DNA of 64,000 bases from Patescibacteria group bacterium (GTDB lineage: Bacteria > Patescibacteriota > Minisyncoccia > Phycocordibacterales > UBA9973): positions 352 to 64,351 of the forward strand of contig JBBTYD010000002.1 in NCBI GenBank assembly GCA_038061925.1. Reading direction: 5' to 3'. A model generated the notes under the pieces. That model was not told where the DNA came from, did not search any database, and saw only the letters and a program-made list of their open reading frames with translations. A program made the translations under genes and the position numbers. Positions 27,567-37,217 of the stretch are shown piece by piece (position 1 is the stretch's first letter; every line of letters begins with the position of its first letter).

Positions 27567-29531
27567 TTAATTAACTACCGTGCCCCCAGCCGGCGGGAAT
27601 TGAGGGTCATTGTCTAACTGTGTGCGAAGCGACGTCTTGCTTAATTTCACATCTACATTAGCAAAATCATCATGCCCCGTCAAAACTGCATCATTTAAAA
27701 GAATTGGAATAGTGCCAACTTGAGAAAGTGAAGGAGTAAAGACAATTTGAAAGGAAACGCTTTTGTTTGTGGTAGTGATACCAGCACCTTTCGGGATACT
27801 GCCTATATTCCAAATTATTTCTTTGGTGGAAGAATTATAAGTTAAATCTTCGTCCGAGGGCACTATTAGTCCGACAAAACTTACCCAGGAAGGAATGGAA
27901 GAATGGATAACCGCTTTTGAAATATTATTTGCTGTATTGGAAAGAGACCAGACTATTGTATAAGTTGTTTGTTTCTCAACTTTTGGAGGTATTGAGCCGG
28001 TGTTAGTAAAAAATCCAGAATAATAAAGAACCTTGGACGTAAATCCAACATCAGAAATAATCCGGACTATTCCTGAGTCAGAATTATTTAAATCAGCTGT
28101 GGCATAGCCAGAAACAAGTTGCTTGCCGGAAATAGAGATATTTATATTGATAGAAGGGTCAGAAAGCATCCCGCCTGCAGCCGAGAATAAAGAAAGTGGA
28201 GAAATAGAAAAACTTACAGACCCAGAATCGCCTGGGTTTGCTTCTTTAAAATTATTTACGGAATTTTTATCCCAAGTTATTATATCTTTTAAAGAATCAT
28301 AAAAACCTTGTTGGGCACTGACTGTTTTACGATCAACCGCATTTCCGGAGATTTTTGCCTGAATCGACAAATCATTCACTTTTGTATCTAAATTATTTAT
28401 CCACTTTATTTCGCCACGGATGGGGGTTTTTATGTCTGTCGCGTACTCTCTCCCTGATACGCCATTTATAAAAAGCTTTACCTCGATGAAAGGCTTTTTT
28501 ATTGTAACGGTATAGGGCAGAGAATTAAAAACAACATCAATCATAGACTTATCGGCGCTAGATTGCGACCCGCTAAAGATGTGGAAACTTTTTTCTTCTC
28601 CGTCAACAACATCAATCATTTTACCGGTCAGAGATATATTACGCTCCGCGCCAGAGGCAAGATCTCCTAAATTCCAGGTATTATTGCCAAGAGAGGGAGC
28701 TGGAATAGATGATGCAAATTGAAACCCAACTGGATAATCAAGCTTAAGCAGTATTCTGGAAACTGGTCTTGTAGCGTTAAGTGTCACTTTAATATTGAGA
28801 GTGATATTTTGATTGGGACTTACGGTCAGAGGCGCATTGACAAAAAGATCCAGAGGTGTAGAATTTATGGTAACATTGTAAGATTTTTCTTTTACAAAAA
28901 TAGCATTTGATCCCTCGACTCGATACTCTAGAGAAATTTTTACAGGACGCACGGATCCTGGTTGCCCGAAAAGCACTAATTTTATATTTTCATTGCGTAC
29001 TGCCCCAGCCGGAATCGTACCTAAAGACACACGACTCGTTTCAGTTCTTGCCGATGAATCTGGGCCTGCACTAGAATCCAGAATATCCGAAGATCCCTTT
29101 GGATATTTAATAATAAAATCTGCTAAGTCGAGCGCAGAACTATTTTTATTTGTAACACCAACAACAAGTGACAAGTCTTCTCCACCAGCCGTGAAATTAT
29201 TTCCAAGTATCGAAATATCAATATTATCATTAGACACAGTGTTTCCTTTAGAAAAGAATACATAGGAAGCATATCCCAAAGTGAGGATAAAAAAAACTAA
29301 TGAAAATATAAAAAAATTCTTAAAAATAGAAGTCTTCATAAAAAATTTATCTTGATTGGAAAAAGGGTCAGCTTCAACTTTCTTGCCACTTTCCCATGTA
29401 TCCGGCACGTCTTCTCTATTTAAACGTGTAAAATTATCTTGGTGTTCTATTTTTGTTTGATAATTTTTACTGAAAAGCTTGCCTTTGAGTTCTTCTATTC
29501 TGTTTAGTTTATCCCTATCATTTAATGACAT
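27567..29531 (-). CDS. Membrane-anchored multi-Ig-like domain protein
   Basis: Single TM followed by repeated beta-sandwich modules (WNLGDL, ITWD, IIWNIG). Confidence 0.75.
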   Translation of the reverse strand: MSLNDRDKLNRIEELKGKLFSKNYQTKIEHQDNFTRLNREDVPDTWESGKKVEADPFSNQDKFFMKTSIFKNFFIFSLVFFILTLGYASYVFFSKGNTVSNDNIDISILGNNFTAGGEDLSLVVGVTNKNSSALDLADFIIKYPKGSSDILDSSAGPDSSARTETSRVSLGTIPAGAVRNENIKLVLFGQPGSVRPVKISLEYRVEGSNAIFVKEKSYNVTINSTPLDLFVNAPLTVSPNQNITLNIKVTLNATRPVSRILLKLDYPVGFQFASSIPAPSLGNNTWNLGDLASGAERNISLTGKMIDVVDGEEKSFHIFSGSQSSADKSMIDVVFNSLPYTVTIKKPFIEVKLFINGVSGREYATDIKTPIRGEIKWINNLDTKVNDLSIQAKISGNAVDRKTVSAQQGFYDSLKDIITWDKNSVNNFKEANPGDSGSVSFSISPLSLFSAAGGMLSDPSININISISGKQLVSGYATADLNNSDSGIVRIISDVGFTSKVLYYSGFFTNTGSIPPKVEKQTTYTIVWSLSNTANNISKAVIHSSIPSWVSFVGLIVPSDEDLTYNSSTKEIIWNIGSIPKGAGITTTNKSVSFQIVFTPSLSQVGTIPILLNDAVLTGHDDFANVDVKLSKTSLRTQLDNDPQFPPAGGTVVN

Positions 29532-29601
29532 TCTAGAATTGTACCACCTAAAAGAAAAAATCAGAAGAAGCATCTAATTTCTTGTAATTTAATATCTCCA
29601 T

Positions 29602-30183
29602 CTATAAATGTGTCTCTTTAAGCGCCTTGTTTATTTGGCGCAATACCTTGGTCCTATCTCTGGAAACTTCAAACACTAGATTTTCCTCAAACGGAGATTT
29701 GATAAGATTTTGGAGTATTTCATTTTCGCCTATATATCCCAAATTATTTAGTATACGCAAAATGATAATTGTTTCAATATTAAGCAAGTCTTCTTTTGTT
29801 ACGCTTTTTTCTAAAATAAATAGACCTTGGAGTAAATCAACAAACAGGGCTTCATTCGGTTCAATGCCGGCCAGTAGACGTTTTAATAAGCGCGCAATAT
29901 TCGCAAAAATTTTAAAAGTTTCCGGTGTTTTAATAATTTGTTCTAACACATTTGTTTTTGATGCATTCGTCACCCGAAAGATATTCCTACCTTGCACGAA
30001 ATCAATTTTAAGATATGCAAAATCTTGCAAAACAAAACGCAATTTTGAAGACATCTTCCGCACCCCCGAGGCCGTGGCCGTGATCATACCCAAATTACGA
30101 GTAAAAATAGAATAATATTTTCCGGCTTCGCCAAAATTACGACTGTCTAATATTATTCCTTCTGTGTGAAAAATGTGGTGCAT
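29602..30183 (-). CDS. recO: DNA repair protein RecO (short form)
   Basis: TEGIIL..NFGEA....IFTRNLGMI.A.A.GVRK..SKL. Confidence 0.85.
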   Translation of the reverse strand: MHHIFHTEGIILDSRNFGEAGKYYSIFTRNLGMITATASGVRKMSSKLRFVLQDFAYLKIDFVQGRNIFRVTNASKTNVLEQIIKTPETFKIFANIARLLKRLLAGIEPNEALFVDLLQGLFILEKSVTKEDLLNIETIIILRILNNLGYIGENEILQNLIKSPFEENLVFEVSRDRTKVLRQINKALKETHL

Positions 30184-30188
30184 GAGAA

Positions 30189-30695
30189 TTACAATGAATG
30201 ACCTATCGGATTTGCAATGGGTTTTGTTAAACTTTTTATATCATTGGTATTAATCAGAAAAATACCAAGTTTGCCCTCAAGAGTATACAGAGTCACGTGG
30301 GTAGGTGGATATTCTACCTCTAATCCATATTTTTTATTTATAATTTCAAAGAATTTATCCAGATTTAACACTTTACACATAACGACTACTGTTTTTAGAT
30401 CATTTTTTTCAGCAAATCTAAATTCCTCAGTATAATTTAAAATATCTATATCATTTTTTTCTACAAAATCACAAAAATCTGTCACTACTAAATTTTTAAA
30501 GTCAGGAATTGAGATCTTGTATTTTTTTATAATTTCACTAATACACACCAAACTAACATGAAAAGAGGACTTTAATGATAATGTATTGTTATCTATTCCC
30601 ACTTCTTTCGGTAAATTTTCTAATGAAACTGGTAATCCAATAGTATTGGTTGCTGAAATTGTATATTTATTGCCACAAATAAATTTTCTTTCCAT
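30189..30695 (-). CDS. Putative 2H phosphoesterase family protein
   Basis: Two HxS/T motifs, FHVSL and THVTL, about 85 aa apart. Confidence 0.7.
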   Translation of the reverse strand: MERKFICGNKYTISATNTIGLPVSLENLPKEVGIDNNTLSLKSSFHVSLVCISEIIKKYKISIPDFKNLVVTDFCDFVEKNDIDILNYTEEFRFAEKNDLKTVVVMCKVLNLDKFFEIINKKYGLEVEYPPTHVTLYTLEGKLGIFLINTNDIKSLTKPIANPIGHSL

Positions 30696-30737
30696 TCTTC
30701 TATTTTATCACAAAATTAAGAATTAAAGAAAACAACC

Positions 30738-30779
30738 AAAGGTACTATTGTCTGCGATAGCGAAGTTTAGTACCTTTCT
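30738..30779. repeat. Dyad-symmetric direct repeat, downstream of PaaX/Cas2-like gene 2
   Basis: AAAGGTACTA-ttgtct-GCGATAGC-gaagtt-TAGTACCTTT; 33/42 ungapped identity to 31282-31323. Confidence 0.88.
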
Positions 30780-30783
30780 CAGA

Positions 30784-31257
30784 TTAACTAATTCTTGAAA
30801 TCTTAAGCATTTTCAAATGGTCTTGAAGCTTTATTTTCTTAATATAATCAAGAAACTCTTTTGGTAACGGAGAAGGTCCTCGCCAGACGCTTTTCTGAAT
30901 TAGAACATAGTTAAATTTTTTGAGATGCCACCTAAGCCATTCCCTCTCAGCTTTTTTAGCCTCTGGTATATCAAACATAATTAGCAAATTTTTAGAGTCA
31001 TTTTTTAAGAAAGGAGAATTGAATTGGATTAAAGAATCATATTTTTCTGCAAGATACTTTTTTCCTTTGGAGGTCAAAAACCATGCAGAACCACTCTTGG
31101 CGATATATTTTTTCTTTCTTAATTGGCTGATTCCAGATTTAAGAGATCCATATTTATACAAAGATAATTTTGGCAAACCAAATAAATTCACATGCGTACC
31201 TTTGTAAGGGATGGTAGTATGACTTAATTCTTCTAAAATGTTCGATATGATAGACAT
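30784..31257 (-). CDS. Stand-alone PaaX-like protein (wHTH + Cas2-like domain), copy 2
   Basis: LTSKGKK wing; LIMFDIPEAKKAEREWLRWHLKKFNYVLIQKSVW. Confidence 0.85.
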   Translation of the reverse strand: MSIISNILEELSHTTIPYKGTHVNLFGLPKLSLYKYGSLKSGISQLRKKKYIAKSGSAWFLTSKGKKYLAEKYDSLIQFNSPFLKNDSKNLLIMFDIPEAKKAEREWLRWHLKKFNYVLIQKSVWRGPSPLPKEFLDYIKKIKLQDHLKMLKISRIS

Positions 31258-31281
31258 AAATATATTATATAGAAAAAATAA

Positions 31282-31323
31282 AAAGGTAGCAAACTCAGCG
31301 ATAGCGTATTTCAGTACCTTTCT
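31282..31323. repeat. Dyad-symmetric direct repeat, upstream of PaaX/Cas2-like gene 2
   Basis: AAAGGTAGCAAACTCAGCGATAGCGTATTTCAGTACCTTTCT. Confidence 0.88.
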
Positions 31324-31437
31324 ATTTTACCACATTAAATTTATTTAATAATTTTTATCAGATCCTCTGACGTGTTAACAATTTTTACAGGTTCTGCTTG
31401 CAACTTCTTCTGATTCAAAAAGAATTAACTTCATCTT

Positions 31438-34400
31438 TTATTTTTCAATTTTTACCTTAAAAACCAATTCATCTATTTTAATTTCTTTGCCATCATTTTT
31501 TTTAAATTCTAGCTCAGATGCCAGAACAGTTTTTTTTAGATCAGCTTCAAATTTTTTTATCAATTTTTTACCCAAGTCATTTGTTTCAAAAGTGAGTGAA
31601 ACAATATCGTTTGGCGTCAATCCAATTTCTTTCCTCATATCTTGTAAAGCCCGCGCCAATTCGCGATAGTTCCCTTCTTGTTTTAATTCCGGAGTTATGT
31701 TTATGTCAAGAACAACTTCGGCTTTGATATTTTTATTCTGTTTTACTTCTTTTACGTTCAATTCATCTTTTAAAAGCTTAATATATTCTTCTCCTAAGTC
31801 AAAATTTTTAACTTCCAATTTATTTAGGGGCTGACGAACTTGAATTTTTTCTTTTTGACGAGCTTCAAGCCCAAAAGAAGCAATAGCGCGAACTATTCTC
31901 ATTTCATCTATGATTTTTCTATTTATTTTCCCCGCTTCTGGCCATTTTCCCAAATGCACGCTTTCTGCATCTTTCTCGTTTTTCAATTTCAACCAGATAT
32001 CTTCCGCCGTGAATGGTGCAAAAGGAGCCATAATTTTAGCCACAGTTTTTAAAATAAAATATAAAGTTTGTTTGGCCTCGCCCGGAGATCTACGGCCGAG
32101 AGCTTTTTTGCCCTCTTCCTTGATTCGCTCACGAGAACGACGCAAGTACCAGATCGAAAGATCTTCTATAAAATTTTCAATCGGGCGAGAAGCTTCATTT
32201 ATATCGTATGTTTCCATGCCATCTGTAACTTCACTTATTAGTTGATTCAGGCGCGCCAAAATCCACTGATCGAGCATATTAGAACTGAACTTTGAATTAC
32301 CAGTCGCAATTTCTAGCGAACGATCACGGTACAATTCATAAAAAGAAACCACATTACCAAGTCGTCCTATTATTTTGCTCGAAATTTCTTGGACCGATTT
32401 TTCTGAAAAATTCACATCTTCTCCTTTCATTAACGGACTAGTCATTAAATAAATACGCAATGCATCAACCCCGTATTTGTCTATAAATATCCACGGATCC
32501 GGATAGTTCTTTTTTGATTTTGATATTTTTTGACCATCCGAAGCAAGGAGGGTGCCAGTCGTGACAACATTGTCAAATGGCGCGTGCTTAAAAAGAACAG
32601 TGGAAAGAACATGAGTATAGTAAAACCACGTTCTGGTCTGAGCAATATATTCAGCCACGAAACCAGCCGGAAAATTATTTTTCTGCCAATCCGGATTCTC
32701 AAATGGATAATGATCTTGAGCAAAAGGCATAGAGCCAGATTCGAACCAAGAATCAAGAACTTCCGGCACTCTCTTCATTTCGGATTGGCAATGGCAGATA
32801 AGTTTCAGGTTGTCGATATAGGGTCGATGATAATCAAGTTCATAATCGGAATTATGTGGAATAGGAATAAAATTAACGACTCTATATTCCGCATTTGCAA
32901 AAAGATGAAATTGGCCAGACACTCCTTTCTCAACTTCTTCTGAATGTCTGAATAATCCGCCAGTCATAGAAATAGACTCATTGACATTATATCCATTCAA
33001 TATAGAAAAAAGCATCCAAAGCGGAGCCCCGTGTGAAATTATTAGTATATTTTTGTTCTGGTATTTTTCTTCAAATTCATAAAAGATATTTCCGACTCTC
33101 TTTTTCACATCAAGCAATGATTCTCCGCCATGAATCGGATTTAAAAACCTTTCTCTGGCGTTTTTAAACATACTCTTATACTCATCCCAAGGTTTGCCTT
33201 CAAAATCTCCCGCATCTAATTCTCCCAATCTTTTATCAAAAATCACTTGCTCATCTTTTAACCCCAAGCTTTCTTTTAAAACATGGAACGTCTCGCGAGT
33301 ACGCATAAAAGGCGAAACAAAAACAAGATCAATATTTTTATTTTTTAATTCTTTGGCAGTTTTTTGCACTTGTTCCTCTCCATTTTTCGTCAAATGGTCG
33401 ATATTTTCCACCAGAGAAGAGACGACGCCATGCAGATTGCTTTTGACATTACTTTCTGCTTCCCCATGGCGCATCACAAAATATTTATTATTGGACTTTT
33501 TTGTTTTGGCTTTCAGATCGGAAAGAGAACCGATAAAAATTTTCTCCGCGCATTTTAGACACTTCCAAACAGGCAAGGGTGAAGCCCAGTAACGGTTTCT
33601 GGAGACATTCCAATCAGGCGCATTTTCAACTATATTTTTAAATCTTCCTTCTTTTAAATGTGGAGGAACCCAGCGCATTGCATTCGCTTTTTGAATTATT
33701 TGTTTCTTGACTTTTTGAATATTTATAAACCAAGAAGACAACGCATAATAAATAATTGGCGTGTCACAACGCATACAATGTGGATATGAATGGATTATTT
33801 TTTCTTTCTCAAAATAGGCTCCTGTTTTTTGTAAATATTTAATCACTTCAATGTCCGCCCGCAGATGAGCGTCTTTGTCTTCCGGCGTATCTTTCGGTTT
33901 TACTTTCAAGCCGGCAAAATCCGTCACTTCCTTTTTAAATCTACCTGTCTCATCCACGTGAATAATCCAAGGGAGGTCATTCTGCTTGGCGAGATTCATA
34001 TCGTCTTCTCCGAAAGCGGACGCTTCGTGCGCCAGACCCGTGCCTTTTTCGGTAGTCACAAAGTCCGCATGCCAAACTTTCCAAATATTTTTTTTATTCG
34101 GCAGATCAATATTTTGATAATATGGGAAAACCGGTTTGTATTTTTTGCCCAATAAATCTTTTCCTTTAACTTCACCCAATATAGAATATTCCTTATCTTT
34201 CAACACGCTTTGCAATGTTTCTTGGGCCAGAATCAACATATTGTTCCCTATTTTTATTTTTACATAAGAAATATCTTTATTGACCGCAATCGCGGTATTC
34301 CCGGGCAAAGTCCATGGAGTCGTAGTCCACGTAAGAAAGTATGTACCGGGTTCATCTTCCAACTCAAATTTTACATAAACAGAAATATCCGTAATATCTT

Positions 34401-35004
34401 TATAACTGTTATCCATCGCTATTTCAGAGTTCGCTATGGGTGTTTCACACCTCGCGCAATAAGCCAAAACCTTCACCCCCTCATAAATAAGACCTTTTTT
34501 ATTTAATTCACTAAATGCCCACCAAACGGATTCAATAAAAGTATTGTCCATCGTTTTGTAACCACCGCGAAAATCCACCCATCTTCCGATGCGCTCTACC
34601 CCGCTTTCCCATTTTTTGTCATATTGTAAAACTTTACTGCGCGCGTGTTCCACAAAAAGATCTATGCCAAACTTTTCTATCTCCTGATGTCCAGCAATAT
34701 TCAAATCTTTTTCAACAATATTCTCAATCGGCAAACCATGACAATCCCAACCCCATTTTCTAAGAACACGATAGCCTCTCATGGTTTGATAGCGCGCGAT
34801 CGCATCTTTGGCTGTACTACCTAAAATATGTCCATAATGCATGAGCCCGGTGGCAAAAGGCGGGCCATCATAAAAAACATAGTTGCCTTTCGGAGCCTTT
34901 TTAATCAAAGACTTTTCAAAAATTTTATTTTCTTTCCAAAACTTCAAAACAGCTTCTTCGCGAAGAGCCACCTCTGACTTTTTTGTTGTACTTTTATTTT
35001 CCAT
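31438..35004 (-). CDS. ileS: Isoleucyl-tRNA synthetase (type 2) with inserted histidine phosphatase domain
   Basis: FYDGPPFATG..HYGH, GWDCHGLP, WTTTPWTLP, SRNRYW, KISKS; insert with RHGE..SP..R..E..SHG. Confidence 0.96.
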   Translation of the reverse strand: MENKSTTKKSEVALREEAVLKFWKENKIFEKSLIKKAPKGNYVFYDGPPFATGLMHYGHILGSTAKDAIARYQTMRGYRVLRKWGWDCHGLPIENIVEKDLNIAGHQEIEKFGIDLFVEHARSKVLQYDKKWESGVERIGRWVDFRGGYKTMDNTFIESVWWAFSELNKKGLIYEGVKVLAYCARCETPIANSEIAMDNSYKDITDISVYVKFELEDEPGTYFLTWTTTPWTLPGNTAIAVNKDISYVKIKIGNNMLILAQETLQSVLKDKEYSILGEVKGKDLLGKKYKPVFPYYQNIDLPNKKNIWKVWHADFVTTEKGTGLAHEASAFGEDDMNLAKQNDLPWIIHVDETGRFKKEVTDFAGLKVKPKDTPEDKDAHLRADIEVIKYLQKTGAYFEKEKIIHSYPHCMRCDTPIIYYALSSWFINIQKVKKQIIQKANAMRWVPPHLKEGRFKNIVENAPDWNVSRNRYWASPLPVWKCLKCAEKIFIGSLSDLKAKTKKSNNKYFVMRHGEAESNVKSNLHGVVSSLVENIDHLTKNGEEQVQKTAKELKNKNIDLVFVSPFMRTRETFHVLKESLGLKDEQVIFDKRLGELDAGDFEGKPWDEYKSMFKNARERFLNPIHGGESLLDVKKRVGNIFYEFEEKYQNKNILIISHGAPLWMLFSILNGYNVNESISMTGGLFRHSEEVEKGVSGQFHLFANAEYRVVNFIPIPHNSDYELDYHRPYIDNLKLICHCQSEMKRVPEVLDSWFESGSMPFAQDHYPFENPDWQKNNFPAGFVAEYIAQTRTWFYYTHVLSTVLFKHAPFDNVVTTGTLLASDGQKISKSKKNYPDPWIFIDKYGVDALRIYLMTSPLMKGEDVNFSEKSVQEISSKIIGRLGNVVSFYELYRDRSLEIATGNSKFSSNMLDQWILARLNQLISEVTDGMETYDINEASRPIENFIEDLSIWYLRRSRERIKEEGKKALGRRSPGEAKQTLYFILKTVAKIMAPFAPFTAEDIWLKLKNEKDAESVHLGKWPEAGKINRKIIDEMRIVRAIASFGLEARQKEKIQVRQPLNKLEVKNFDLGEEYIKLLKDELNVKEVKQNKNIKAEVVLDINITPELKQEGNYRELARALQDMRKEIGLTPNDIVSLTFETNDLGKKLIKKFEADLKKTVLASELEFKKNDGKEIKIDELVFKVKIEK

Positions 35005-35008
35005 TCTA

Positions 35009-36733
35009 TTACATCTTCTCCGGGACAACAATACCGAGCAGATGGAGGCCTGTTTTCATCACGAAAGTAAAGGCATAGGTTAAAGCCACTTTGTAGGCTG
35101 AAGTTTTATCTCTCTTGTCCACGATGGATATATTGCCATAAAAACTATTAAACGCGCGGGCCACTTCTATCAAATAATTCGCAATGTAATGCGGTTCATA
35201 TTCTCTCGCCGATCGTAACACGATTTCAGGAAATCGGTATAATAATTTTTCTACTTCAAAAATTTCAGGCGGGAAAGCCTGAGGGTCTGGAAGGATATCT
35301 TCCTTTTTCGCTTTTTCCAAAACGGAATTTGCGCGAACGTAAGAATATTGCAGATACGGGCCAGAATCTCCTTCAAAAGAAATAGATTCTTCAAAATTAT
35401 AAATAATGTCTCCACCAGTTGCTTGCTTGAGCACTGAATATTTTATGGCCGAGACGCCGACATCGGAAGCAATTTTCTTTCTTTCTTTTTCAGAAAAATT
35501 ACGCTCTTTTATTTTTTCTCCGATTAGTGAAATAGTGTCTCGAATGAGCGACTCTCCAGTCACCGTGTTGCCTTTGCGAGAACTCATTTTACCATCAGCC
35601 AACTTCATCATCCCATGGGTTATATGAAACATTTTTTTCTCATGCTCAGGATGAATTAAGGAAATAACTTTGGCAACCACTTTCATATAATCCGCTTGTT
35701 CATTGGCAGTAACAACAATTGATAAATTCATATCCGGGTCTGTATTAAATTTCTCTTCTGTTAATCCCAGCTCTTTAGTCTCATAAGTGGGCAAACCCTC
35801 CGAAGTGATAAAAACTCGAGTGTGTAGCTTCGGATCATGTTTTTCAGCCTTAAATACAATAGCCCCGTCTGACTTTTCAAAAACTTTGCCTAAATTATCT
35901 TTAACAATCCTCTCCCCAATCGGCGCCATCTGGCTCTCTAGGAAATAGAATTCGAATTTTGTACCGAGAACTCTATATAAATCTTCGAAGGCTTTCATTG
36001 TCACCTTGAAACCCCAATTATATATTTCATTTATTTTTTTGTCAGTTTTATCATAAATTTTTTTATTTATCTTATCTATTTCTTTTTTTGCCACAAGCTG
36101 ACTGACCGAATTACTTTCATAAGCTTGGGCGCCTTGCGTGTAAGCTTTTCCTATGTTGGCCGCTTGGATAATAGAAGAGCTTTTTTTGTCTTGTAATTTT
36201 TTATCTTTCAAAAGACTATATATGGCTTTCGCCACATGAAGCCCAACATCGCCCTGATAATTGGCCCGAGACACTTCCGCTCCTGAATGTTCTAAGATTC
36301 TCGCCATTGATTCACCAATCGCGTTTGTCATCAAATGCCCAATATGAAAAGGTTTAAAAGGATTCGGGTCGGTATATTCAATCATTATTTTCTGGTCAAT
36401 CAAAACATCATTTTTCCCAACATTTTCTCCCTTATTCAAAATTTCTTCAACATTTTCAGCAAAAAATTTACGGGCTAAAAAAAAATTTATAAAACCTGGG
36501 TCGGCCAGATCTATTTTTCCAATTTCTTTTGACAATTTTTTTTCGAGTTCTCTTTTTATTTTCTCCGCCAGTTCTTTTGGATTTATTTTTGATTTTTTAG
36601 CACAAACCATAGCCACATTCGTGGAGTAATCTCCATTTTTAAAATCTTCCGGATGTTCCACCACAAAATTAGATTCTTCTATTTTCAGATTTCTAAGAAT
36701 TTTTTTTATTAAATTTTTTATTTTTTCTGGCAT
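35009..36733 (-). CDS. argS: Arginyl-tRNA synthetase
   Basis: GDYSTN, EYTDPNPFKPFHIGH, KMSSRKGN, GDSGPYLQY, LLGI..PEKM. Confidence 0.97.
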   Translation of the reverse strand: MPEKIKNLIKKILRNLKIEESNFVVEHPEDFKNGDYSTNVAMVCAKKSKINPKELAEKIKRELEKKLSKEIGKIDLADPGFINFFLARKFFAENVEEILNKGENVGKNDVLIDQKIMIEYTDPNPFKPFHIGHLMTNAIGESMARILEHSGAEVSRANYQGDVGLHVAKAIYSLLKDKKLQDKKSSSIIQAANIGKAYTQGAQAYESNSVSQLVAKKEIDKINKKIYDKTDKKINEIYNWGFKVTMKAFEDLYRVLGTKFEFYFLESQMAPIGERIVKDNLGKVFEKSDGAIVFKAEKHDPKLHTRVFITSEGLPTYETKELGLTEEKFNTDPDMNLSIVVTANEQADYMKVVAKVISLIHPEHEKKMFHITHGMMKLADGKMSSRKGNTVTGESLIRDTISLIGEKIKERNFSEKERKKIASDVGVSAIKYSVLKQATGGDIIYNFEESISFEGDSGPYLQYSYVRANSVLEKAKKEDILPDPQAFPPEIFEVEKLLYRFPEIVLRSAREYEPHYIANYLIEVARAFNSFYGNISIVDKRDKTSAYKVALTYAFTFVMKTGLHLLGIVVPEKM

Positions 36734-36784
36734 TTACAATTTTAGCGATTTTTTGATAAAAATTTTTTTAAAAACATTATTATA

Positions 36785-37207
36785 TTATTTTTTCCCCGTA
36801 CTTCCAAATCTATTTTCACCCCGAGCGGACTCACTGAGTATCTCGGTTTCTTCTAGCTCTCCAATGGCTACGGGCAAGATTACAAGTTGCGAAACTTTAT
36901 CACCTTCTTCAAAAGTATAACTCTTGTCTGACAAATTTACTAAAAGCGTATTATATTCACCTCTATATCCTGCATCAAAAACTCCACCCGTATGAACAAA
37001 CCCTGCCTTTGAAATACTGCCTTTATCCATAATGAAAGCCCCATAGCCTAGAGAAAATTCTAGCGCAAATCCATGCCAAAAACGATGCTGCTCACCTGGC
37101 TTTACCGTGACTGTTTCCATCGTATACAAATCCATACCCACATCTCCCGGATGATGATATTTGGGCAATTTTGCGTTTTCTTTAATTTTTTTTATTTTTA
37201 TAATCAT
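36785..37207 (-). CDS. dut: dUTP diphosphatase
   Basis: GMDL, GVFDAGYRGE, GDKVSQL, RGENRFGSTG. Confidence 0.95.
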   Translation of the reverse strand: MIIKIKKIKENAKLPKYHHPGDVGMDLYTMETVTVKPGEQHRFWHGFALEFSLGYGAFIMDKGSISKAGFVHTGGVFDAGYRGEYNTLLVNLSDKSYTFEEGDKVSQLVILPVAIGELEETEILSESARGENRFGSTGKK

Positions 37208-37217
37208 TTAAATAATT

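Noticed and set aside
25468-31323. CRISPR-Cas locus (Cas2-like genes with repeats)
   Set aside because: Only two repeats per locus, separated by a whole gene rather than 30-40 nt spacers. No cas1 or effector is present, and the proteins carry an N-terminal wHTH as in PaaX.
31340-31435. Possible short gene remnant after ileS (..QKKLQAEPVKIVNTSEDLIKIIK*)
   Set aside because: Too short, has no start codon and no recognisable family.
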